This document shows positions 1-9,481 of a DNA stretch of 64,000 nt, in pieces. The notes beneath the pieces were generated by a model, which saw nothing but the letters and a program-made list of their open reading frames with translations, was not told where the DNA came from and ran no database searches. The stretch comes from an uncultured Actinomycetota bacterium (GTDB taxonomy: Bacteria > Actinomycetota > Thermoleophilia > RBG-16-64-13). Every line of letters begins with the position of its first letter. The first letter of the stretch is position 1. Where the stretch lies: assembly GCA_963843455.1 (NCBI GenBank), contig CAWJKE010000009.1, positions 3,691 to 67,690 of the forward strand, in the 5' to 3' direction. The translations under genes were made by a program, and so were the position numbers.

Positions 1-1320
1 GGCGACCGCGGGCACGTGGCCGCCCACAACGGGGTGGGCGCGGTCATGGGCTCCAAGAAGACTCAAGTGCATCTCGGCCACCAAAGGCGACGTGAAACCG
101 CGGGTGGTCGACACGGAGCGTCTGCGTGCGCGAAGGCCAAGCAGCTGGCCGCGGTGTCCAAGGAAGTCGACCCGGGTTGGTCAAGCTGTCGGCACCAATG
201 CCGGCATCGCTCCGCTCAGCGCGATGGGAGCGGTCCCCATCAGGAACTACACCACCAACGTCTTCCCCGAGAACAACACGTTTGTCCCCGAGTACCTGCG
301 CAGCCATTTCAAGGCCAAACCCGTCGCCTGCTGGGCCTGCAGTCATCGCCCACTGCCGCATGATGGAAGTGACCGAGGGCCCGTACGCCGGCTTCTACGG
401 GGAGGAGCCCGAGTACGAGGGCAACGCGGAGATGGGTCCGCTGATCGGCATGAACGAACCGGGGTCCACCGTGATGCTCTGCAACCTGGTGGACCGGCTG
501 GGGTTCGACGTCAACGAATCGGGCTACATGATCTCCTGGCTCATGGAGTGCTACGAGAGGGGCCTGCTTCACGCAGCGCCGATCTCGATGGGGTGGAGAT
601 GCACTGGGGCGACGCCGAGGCGGTCGCCGCCATGCTCAAGAAGATCGCCCATCGCGAGGGCTGCGGCGACTTCTTCGCCGACGGGGTCAAGCGGTGCGCC
701 GAGAAGGTGGGCGGAGAGGCCCAGGACTGCGCCGTCTACACGCTCAAGGGCGCTACTCCTCGCGGCCACGACCACCGGGGCCACTGGCTGGAGTTCATCG
801 ACACCTGCCTGTCGAACACCGGCACGGTCGAGACGGCGCGGCCATCTCTTCACGCCCGCCCAATCTGGGGCTGGAGCGGGTGCAGGACCGCTTCGACCCC
901 ATTGCCATGTCGACCATGAACGCCAAACTCAACGGCGGCCGCAGTCTGGAGGACTCGCTCGGCATCTGCCGGCTTTGCACGCCGAATCTCGCCCTCACGC
1001 TCGAGTGCATGAACGCCGTGACCGGCTGGGATTGGGACGTCGAAGCCGCGCAGGAGTTCGGCGTCCGCATCGTCAACCTCATGAGGATGTTCAACTTCCG
1101 CCACGGTCTCACCAAAGAGGTCGAGGCCCCGTCGGTGCGCTACAGCTCCACGCCCGTCAACGGCCCGGCCGAGGGCAAGGGCATCCGCGAGCATTGGGAC
1201 GCCATCCGCGACAACTACTACGAGCAGATGGGCTGGGACGTGGCGACGGGCAGGCCCACCCCGGAGACTCTGCGACGCTATGGGCTGGACTACGTTCTCG
1301 AGGAATCGGCCGGCGAATGA
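1..1320 (+). CDS. aor: Aldehyde:ferredoxin oxidoreductase (W/Mo AOR family), 5'-truncated, broken by about 6 frameshifts
   Basis: AOR motifs spread over several frames: AAHNGVGAVMGSKK, NYTTNVF..C..C, GEEPEYE, CNLVDRLGFDVNE, WGDAEAV..IAHREGCGDFFADG, DSLGIC, YYEQMGWD..GRPT.ETL..YGL stop at 1320. Confidence 0.85.
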
Positions 1321-1368
1321 GGCCTGAGGCCGGGTGCACCCGTCGCGGCGCTCGGGTCGCGCCCGGCA

Positions 1369-1632
1369 TCAGCCCCCCGACATGAAGGGGATGATCTTCA
1401 CGTGGTCGCCGGGCTGCAGCCGGTAGTCCGGCCGCACGTACACGCCGTTCACTATCACCGCTTCGGTGTCGCCGGGTATCTGCAGGCTCTCGGTGAGGTC
1501 TCCGAGGGTCATGCCCTCGCTCAGGGGCACGTCCACCGGCGGAAGGCCGGGCCGCGCCGGGAAGGTCTCCACGGTCACGATGTTGTCGGCGGCGAACTTC
1601 TCAGTCGCGGTGTACTGTTCGTCGGCGCACAT
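1369..1632 (-). CDS. MoaD/ThiS-family sulfur carrier protein
   Basis: 87 aa ubiquitin-like fold, AVIVNG..L.PGD.V.IIPFMSGG with C-terminal GG; lies between two pterin enzymes. Confidence 0.85.
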   Translation of the reverse strand: MCADEQYTATEKFAADNIVTVETFPARPGLPPVDVPLSEGMTLGDLTESLQIPGDTEAVIVNGVYVRPDYRLQPGDHVKIIPFMSGG

Positions 1633-1704
1633 GGCTCAAGTGTAGCCGATGGTGCGACGCGGGCTCACCCGGCGAAGGAGAGCGATCCGGGTGCGCGCCC
1701 GACG

Positions 1705-3987
1705 GTGGCCGAAGTGATCCAAGAGAAGAAGATCGTCTGCTGGGCCTCGCCGGGCTGCGTCCACCAGTGCGGGCTGATCGCGACGGTGGAGGACGGCAAG
1801 CTGGTCGGGCTTAGAGGCAATCCCGACTATCCCACCCCCAACCGCGGCTGCAGCGACCGCATGCCCCACCACATCAAGTGGCTCTACAGCCCGGAGCAAC
1901 TCATGCATCCGCTCAAGCGGATCGGGGAGCGCGGCGAGGACCGGTGGGAGCAGATCCCCTGGGATCAGGCGCTCGACGAGATAGCGGAAAAGCTCGCCGG
2001 CCTGAAGGCAGAGTACGGGGCCGAGACCCTCGCCCTCCACGAGGGCACCTACCGCAGCGACATGTACCCCATGCGCACCCGGTTCCTCAACCTCTTCGGC
2101 AATCCCTCGAACATCGGCTGCGCCGGCACCATCTGCCGCTGCAACACCATCGCCATGAACTACGCGCTGCTGGGCTGCGCCAACTCGCGGGCCAAAGTCC
2201 ACCAAATGGACTGCGTGGTGCTTCACGGCAACAACGTCCGGCATACGTCGCCGCTCGACTGGCAGCGCCTGCGCAAGCGGATGGAGGCCAAAGAGGTCAA
2301 GGTCATCGTCATCGATCCGCGCAAGACCGAAGCCGGCGCACCACGCGGACATGTGGCTCCAGCTCCGTCCCGGCACCGACACCGCCCTTCTGATGGCGTG
2401 GATCAACGTCATCATCGAGGAGGGGCTGTACGACAAGGCCTTCGTCGAGGAGTGGACCGTCGGCTTCGACGAGCTGCGCGCCCGGGCGGCGGAGTACACG
2501 CCCGAGCGGGTGGCCGAGATCACCTGGGTCCCGGCGGGACTCATCCGCGAATCGGCCCGCATGTACGCCACCAGCAAGCCGGCGAGCTTCCATTGGGGGT
2601 CGGCGACCGACATGTTGGGACGCAACTCCATCCGGGTGGAACAGGCTCGGATCTGCCTGAGGGCCATCACCGGCAACCTTGCTGAGGGCGGCGGAGAGAT
2701 GATCGTCGGGCCCGGGCCCATCATCGGCGGCAAGATGGGCATCCGCGACTCCATGCTCGTGTTCCCCGAGATGATCAGTCCCGAGCAGCGGAAGAAGCAG
2801 ATCGGCGCCGACCGGTTCAAGCTCATGGGGTGGCCGGGCTACGAGGCCATGGCGCAAGTATCACGAAGACACCTACGGCGTCCCCTTCCCTACGGCCGCC
2901 CACAACTTCGTGGCGGTGCAGCCTCTCATCTGGAAGGCGATCGTCGATCAGGAGCCCTACCCCGTCACGGCGATGGTCACCTGGGGGAGCAACGTCCTTC
3001 TCAACGGCGGCGACGTCAAGACCATGTACAAGGCGCTCAAGAGCCCCAACCTCAAGCTCCACGTGGTGCTCGAGCATTTCATGACCCCCACCGCGCTTCT
3101 GGCCGACTACGTGCTCCCCATCGCCAGCAAGCTCGAGAAGCCCATGTGCGCCACTCACGAGGATTTCGCGCCCAACATCGCCTGCTCGGAGGCGGCAGTG
3201 GAGCCGCTGGGCGAGCGACACGGTGACTACTTCTTCTGGAAGGGGCTGGCCGAACGTCTGGGCTTCGGCGAGTACTTCCCCTGGGAGACCGAGGAGGAGC
3301 TGGCCGATGAGCGGTTGGCGCCTCTTGGCCTGACCTTCGAGGAGGTAGCCACCGAGAAGTACTTCGTCCGGAGCGATGAGCCCTGGACGTACAAGACGAT
3401 CAACCCGCGCACCGGCAGGCCCACCGGCTTCGCCACGCCCTCGGGCAAGGTCGAGCTCTACTCCGAGGTGCTCGAGCAGCTCGGATACGACCCGCTGCCC
3501 TTCTACGAGGAGCCCCCGGAGAGCCCGGTCAGCACGCCCGAGGTGGCGGTGGAGTACCCGCTACATCCTCATCACCGGCGCAAACTTCCGGCCCATGTTC
3601 CACTCCGAGAACCGGCACTTCGGCATGGGCACCCGCGAGCAGTATCCGGACCCCATCATGGAACTGCACCCCGACGTGGCCGGTCCGCTCGGCATCGAGG
3701 AAGGCGACTGGGTCTGGGTGGAGACCCGCCGGGGGGCGATCAAGCAACGGGCTCACGTTACCGACGAGATCCATCCCCAGGTGGTCAACGTCCAGCGCCA
3801 CTGGTGGTTCCCCGAGCAGCCGGCGGCCGAGCCCTCGCTTCACGGTCTCTGGCAGTCGAACTGCAACGTGCTGACCATGGGCGACGACCCCGACACGTAT
3901 GACCCGGTGACCGGCGGCTGGCCGCTGCGGGCGCTTCTGTGTAAAGTCTACAAGGCCAAAAAAGTACTCGAGGAGGAACAAGCATGA
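1705..3987 (+). CDS. Molybdopterin (bis-MGD) oxidoreductase, acetylene-hydratase-like clade; frameshifts near 2340, 2870-2900 and 3560
   Basis: CWASPGCVHQC..C Fe-S motif, WDQALDEIAEKL, GTICRCNT (Cys ligand), LRPGTD, TPTALLADYVLP, FATPSGKVELYS, molydop-binding C-terminus; reassembled from ORFs 1402, 2351, 2910 and 3376; start (GTG 1705) uncertain. Confidence 0.85.
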
Positions 3988-5339
3988 CCGCGCCGGCACC
4001 CGACCCGATGTTCGACGGCTGGGACAATCTCGACTGGCTGGAACGCCGCGAGCGGCGCTTTGAGCGCTGGCTGAGCGCACCCGGCGTGGACTTCCAGACC
4101 GAGGCGGCCCGGCAGGCATACCGGGAGCGGGTCCAACTGTTCGTCGACGTCATCGGTCTCAAGAAGCCGGCGCGGGTGCCCGTGAACACGCTTTGCGGCT
4201 ACTTCGTCGGCCAACACAGCGGCCTTTCGAAGAAAGAGTTCATGTACGACTACGACAAGGCGGCCGCAGCGGTCAAGAAGTTCCACGACGACTTCCAGCC
4301 CGACTTTCAGACCGGCGCGGTGGCTCCGGCACGGGTCTTCGAGTTGCTGGGACTCAACCTGGTGCAGTGGCCGGGGGGCACTCTTTCCGACGAGACCCCG
4401 TGGCAGTACGTGGAGTCCGAGTACATGGGGGAAGACGAGTACGACGCGCTGATCGCCGATCCCGAGGCGTTCTTCCGGCGCACGCTGCTGCCCCGCTTCG
4501 GGTCGGCGTTCGGGTCGCTGGGGGGCCTGTCGCCCTTCACCGACATGATGGAAGCCACCACCATGCTCTTCAGCATCCTGCCGTTCGCCGACCCGGCTGT
4601 GCTGGAGGGTGTCCAGAGGCTCACGCAGGCGGCTCAGGAGTGCCTCAACTGGCTCATGACCACCGGCGCCGCCGGCGCCGACGCGGCGGGACGGCTGGGC
4701 ATCCCTCGGGCGATGGGCGGCTTCGGCAAGGCGCCGTACGACATCCTGGCCGACACGCTGCGGGGCACCAAGGGCATCATGCTCGACCGCTTCCGCCGGC
4801 CCGAGAAGATCCTTGAGGCGTCGGAGCGCCTGGTGCCGATCCTCACCGAGTGGGGCGTCCGTCAGGCCTCGAGGTCCGACGCACCCCTCATCACCTTCGT
4901 GCTGCACAAGGGTGCGGACAGCTTCATGTCGGACGCGGACTTCAAGCACTTCTACTGGCCAACGCTCAAGGCCGTCATGAAGGGGCTCATCGCCGAGGGC
5001 ATCGTCCCCTTCATGTTCGCGGAGGGCGGGTACAACAAGCGGCTCGAGGTCATCGCCGACGACGACCTGCCCACGGGGAGTGTCGTCTGGCTCTTCGACC
5101 AGACGGACATGTTCGCGGCCAAGCGGGCCTTGGGCGGCCGGGCGGCCATCGCCGGCAACGTTCCCACGGCTCTCCTGGCGCTGGCCACTCCTGCCGAGGT
5201 CGAGAAGTACGTCACCGACGTGCTGGACGGATGCGCCAAGGACGGTGGAGTCCTCCTGCAGAACGGAGCGGTGCTCGACGACGCCAAAGCCGAGAACCTC
5301 AAGGCCATGATCGAGACCGCGCGCAACTGGAAGGGCTGA
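3984..5339 (+). CDS. Uroporphyrinogen decarboxylase/MtaA-CmuA (URO-D-like) family protein
   Basis: 451 aa; PYDILADTLRG..GIM.D.FRRPE, FYWPTLK, AIAGNVP..LL..TP.EV; ATGA overlap with upstream gene. Confidence 0.8.
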   Translation: MTAPAPDPMFDGWDNLDWLERRERRFERWLSAPGVDFQTEAARQAYRERVQLFVDVIGLKKPARVPVNTLCGYFVGQHSGLSKKEFMYDYDKAAAAVKKFHDDFQPDFQTGAVAPARVFELLGLNLVQWPGGTLSDETPWQYVESEYMGEDEYDALIADPEAFFRRTLLPRFGSAFGSLGGLSPFTDMMEATTMLFSILPFADPAVLEGVQRLTQAAQECLNWLMTTGAAGADAAGRLGIPRAMGGFGKAPYDILADTLRGTKGIMLDRFRRPEKILEASERLVPILTEWGVRQASRSDAPLITFVLHKGADSFMSDADFKHFYWPTLKAVMKGLIAEGIVPFMFAEGGYNKRLEVIADDDLPTGSVVWLFDQTDMFAAKRALGGRAAIAGNVPTALLALATPAEVEKYVTDVLDGCAKDGGVLLQNGAVLDDAKAENLKAMIETARNWKG

Positions 5340-5392
5340 GCGCCGGCCGGCGGCGCCCGCTGAGCCCGGCCCCGGCGGCTGGAGGAGTGACC

Positions 5393-7431
5393 ATGTACTC
5401 GTGCAGGTACCCCCATCTGTTCAGCCCCATCCGGCTGGGGGACACGGTCTTTCGTAACCGGTATTTCGCGGCGCCGGTGGGTTACGAATACCTGTCGTCC
5501 AAGAACTACCCCCTCGACGAGACCATCGCTTTCTTCGAGCGCAAGGCGATGGGCGGCGCGGCGACGGTGAACTACGGCTCGGGAGCCCCGGACAGCCGGC
5601 GGGGCGTCATCGGGCTGAGCAACCCCTACCTGGACGACCCCACCGCTCTGCCCGCTCTCTACCGGGTGGCGTCGGCCATCAACCGGCACGGGGCGGTCGC
5701 CGCCATGGAGTTGCTCCACACCGGCGCCAACTCCTACATCTGCGCGGCCCGCGGCAACCAGATCTACGGGGCGGTCGACGGGGTGAACCCCCTGGGCCAG
5801 TTCGTCCCCGCCATGCCGGAGGAGGTCATCGAGGAGACTATCGAGGCCTTCGGCAAGGCGGCCGCCTTCGCCAAGTTCTGCGGCTTCGGGATGGTCACCG
5901 TTCACGCCGGTCACGGCTGGCTGCTCAATCAGTTCCTCGACCCCAACGTGAACGACCGGAAGGACCAGTGGGGCGGGAGCCTGGAGAACCGCTGCCGGTT
6001 CCTCCTGGCCGTCGTCGAGCGCATCAAGCGGAAATGCGGCCGGGGGTTCCCGGTCGACATCCGCATGAGCGGTTCCACCTGCTACGAGGGCGGCTACGGT
6101 ATCGACGAGGGTGTAGCCATCGCCAAGCAACTCGACGGCAAGGTCGACCTCATCCACGTCTCGGTCGGCAGCCACGAAGTGGCGGAGGTCTTCACCGTCA
6201 CCCACCCCAGCATGTTCCTGCCCGACGGGGCCAACGTGCAGTTCGCCGCCGAGATCAAGAAGCACGTCCAAACGCCCGTCGGCACGGTGGGCGCCCTCGG
6301 GGATCCGGAACTTATGGAAGAGATCATCGCCTCCGGCAAGGCCGACGTCGTTCTGGCCGCCCGGGCCATGATGGCCGATCCCGACCTGCCCAAGAAGGCC
6401 CGGGCGGGAAGACGCGACGAGATCAGGCCGTGCATCCGCTGCTTCGAATGCTTCGCCGGCATCACCACCAAGCGCCAGTATCGGTGCGCCGTGAACCCGG
6501 AGATAGGCTTCGAACAGGACGTGCGGCACGCGCTGCCGGCGACCACTCCGAAGACCGTCCTTGTGGTCGGCGGCGGAGTCGCCGGGATGCAGGCGGCCCT
6601 GACCGCGACGGAGCGCGGGCACCACGTGATCCTCTGCGAAAAGACCGGGCGGTTGGGCGGGGCGCTCCGCTGTGAGGAGCGGGTGCCCTTCAAACGGCTC
6701 CTGCGCGAGTACCTGGACTATCAGGCCAGGATGGTGGGCCGGGCTCCCATCGACGTGCGGCTGAGCACTGAAGTGACCCCCGCGCTCGCCTCCGCGGCCG
6801 AAGCGGACGTGATCATCGCCGCCCTCGGCGCTCGTCCCACCGTACCGGATATTCCCGGCGTCGCCGGCCCAAACGTTCTTGGCGCGGAGGAAGCCTATAC
6901 CGATCCGGAAAGGGTCGGGGCCGCGGCGGCGGTTCTGGGCGGCGGACTCTTGGGCATTGAACTGGCCATCTTCCTTTCGGGGCTGGGCCGGACGGTCACC
7001 ATCCTGGAGATGATGGGGACTCTCAGCGACGGGGGGAATCCGGTCCACGGCCTTGCCCTGATCAACGAGATCCGGAGGCACGCGATACAGGTGTCCACCT
7101 CCACGCGGGCCGCTGAGATCACCACGGAAGGGGTCATCGGAGAATACGTGGGAGACGCCTACACCCTTCCCCCGTGCCGCGACGGTGCAGGCCGCGGTGC
7201 TCCACTCAAACAGCTTTGGCAGGGTGGTCAGGGCCGACGCCGAGGTAGGCAGCCGGCTGCTGTTCGAAGCCGGACACGGTGATCTACGCGACCGGCCGGC
7301 AGCCCCTGCAGGCTGAGGCGGACGCCCTCGGTCTCTGCGCGCCGGAGTTCTACCAGATCGGCGACTGCTTCTCCGCGCGAAACGTGCTCGAGGCGACGCG
7401 CATGGGGTTCGCGGTCGCCCGCGATCTGTAG
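5393..7431 (+). CDS. NADH:flavin oxidoreductase (OYE + 4Fe-4S + FAD domain; BaiCD/BaiH/DCR-like), frameshifted near 7180-7250
   Basis: RBS GGAGGAG then ATG 5393; HAGHGWLLNQFL, CIRCFEC..CAVNP, VVGGGVAG, GGGLLG.E; C-terminus IGDC...A..DL stop 7431 in a shifted frame. Confidence 0.85.
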
Positions 7432-7495
7432 CGGGCGCTTCCCGGCCGCCGCCATGACCCGCCCGGTCTTCCCGCCCCGGCCCCGGCGGGGAGTT

Positions 7496-9392
7496 CTAGG
7501 TCGTGGTGGTGGTCGTCGTCGTGGTCGGAGGCTTGGCCGTCGTGGTGGTCGCCTTGACGGTAGTGGTGGTCGTCTTCTTTGTCGTGGTAGTGGTCGGCTT
7601 GGCCTTCCCGACCGCGATCTCCTTGGGGATCATCGGGTAGACGCTGAGGAACGTGTCCTTGTGGATCGTCGAGCCGTCCGACGCGGTCACTACCCGTACT
7701 ACCTTGATCTTTCTACCCTCTTGGCCCTTCTCAAGGATGACGGTACTGCCGGTCGCCAGGTTCTTGCTGTTCAGCGTGTAGACCGTCTGCTCGACGATGT
7801 CATAGAATTCGCCGGTGGTGTAGTCGACCCGGCGTCCGTCACTTGTGCCGTAGATGACGAACTTGGTCTTGACGCCGTCCGATGCCCCGCGGACCAGGAT
7901 GTAGTGTTTGGTGTCGTTCTGGAAACGCAGGTTGGGGTGGCCCGCGCTGACAGTGGCATCTCTGCCCAGGGGATAGTGCTCGATGAAGATGGAGTGGTTC
8001 TTGCGCTCCAGAATCTTGAGCCCCGCGAAGAAGACCGCGTTGTACAAGGTGGTGGACACCTGGCAGATGCCCCCTCCGTAGACGTCCTCGAGTTGACCCG
8101 GTCCGACGATGCCCGGCGCAAGTTTATATCCGCGCCCTGGTGTGCGGGGACCGACCTGCTTGTCGAAGTCATAGACGTCGCCGGGAGCGAGGATCACGTT
8201 GCTGGCGAACTTGGTGGTGATCCGCACGTTCGTCTGCCGGTCGGGGGTCCCTTCCCACTCGGTCTGGAAGTCGGCAAGTTTCTTGTTGATGCCCATCGCG
8301 TTGGCCTCTTCGGTCGTCAGCTCGGGCTCCCTGGGGATGACCGCCACCTTGACGTCGCGATTCTTGGGATCGAGGGCGGCGGCGCTGAGCGCCTCTACCG
8401 TCTTCTCGCGATCGAGTCGCTGCCCCAGGGCGCCCGGTACGACCCAGGCCTTCATACCGTCGCCCCGGAACGTGGCGCTCACCGGCGCTCTCGCCACCGC
8501 GGTCGCCAGTTCATCGAGGAAGGGTCCCATCTTCTTGGCCGAGAGATAGGGCACCAGGATAGAGACTCCGTCCTGGACTTTGGAGGCGAAGTCCGTGTAC
8601 GCGACGATCTGTTCAGTGCTTAGGGTCCAAGAGTGGCCGCCCTCAGCGAGCCGGAGAGGCGCGCTCGTCATGGTCATGGCCTGCTGCAGGGCCCGGTCGT
8701 AGTCATCGGCCTGCACCGTCGGGTCCTTCACCGTCATGGGCACGGGCAACGCGGTCGCGTGTAGGGTAAGCAGCACGCTCGTCAGCTGGGAAGCAAGAAC
8801 GTCTCGGTCGACGACCCGCCCCTTCTGGCCTCTGACGATCTTGATCTTGGGTCCGTCGAACACAAGGCCGGCATCGACGGGAGGGAGGTCCACCGCCTGA
8901 GCCACCTCCCCGATGATCTTGTCCATCTTGGCGCGATCGACCGTGCCCTGGAGAGGGATGTCTTTTGCGCTGAAATACATGAGGAACCCGCGGGCACGGT
9001 CAACGAAGAAGTTGCCTTTTCGCGAGGCTTCCATGGCTGCGCTCACTGTCGCTGCGGTGTTGACCTTTGTCGCCACGTCCTTGGGGGAGACCGTCCACTT
9101 CTTGTCTCCGCTGGTCAGCGTGATCCGGCTCTTCTGGGCCTCCGCGACCCGCAGGTCGAGGGCGGCTTTCGCTTCCTTGGGCGTCAAACCCCCAAGCTGC
9201 ACACCCGATACCGTGATTCCCCTGTGTACCTTGCCGTGGTAGAAGCGTGGAATCAATGAGCAGGGCCATCAGGAGGAGGAATACAACAGTACCGACTGCC
9301 GCGAAGATGGTCGTTCGCCTGCGACGGCGACGGCGTTTTTTTGCCAGACTCTCGTTCTTCAAGGAGTGCGGACTCCAGACTTGCGGCAACAA
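7496..9392 (-). CDS. VanW-family protein with peptidoglycan-binding repeats and Thr-rich C-tail; N-terminal TM in another frame (indel about 9245)
   Basis: GGGICQVSTTLYNAVF, ERKNHS, PLGRDATV, LRFQNDT; N-terminal KKRRRRRRR + TM in ORF 9000..9392. Confidence 0.85.
7499..7600 (-). repeat. Thr-rich low-complexity coding tract (VanW C-terminus)
   Basis: KPTTTTTKKTTTTTVKATTTTAKPPTTTTTTTTT encoded by mixed ACN codons. Confidence 0.9.
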
Positions 9393-9407
9393 CAGGCTTC
9401 AGGATAG

Positions 9408-9443
9408 CCCAAACCCCGCGGTCCGACGACCGCGGGGTTTGGG
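9408..9443 (-). terminator. 16-bp perfect hairpin, probable terminator of the OYE gene
   Basis: CCCAAACCCCGCGGTC-cgac-GACCGCGGGGTTTGGG, about 40 bp downstream of the 9482 stop; U-tract weak. Confidence 0.6.
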
Positions 9444-9481
9444 TAAGCATCCGGATTCGGCCATCCGCGGCCGCATGTTTC

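Noticed and set aside
1705-3987. Calling the enzyme acetylene hydratase, or a selenoprotein
   Set aside because: The catalytic Asp equivalent is Val; the ligand is a Cys codon and the breaks are frameshifts, not in-frame TGA
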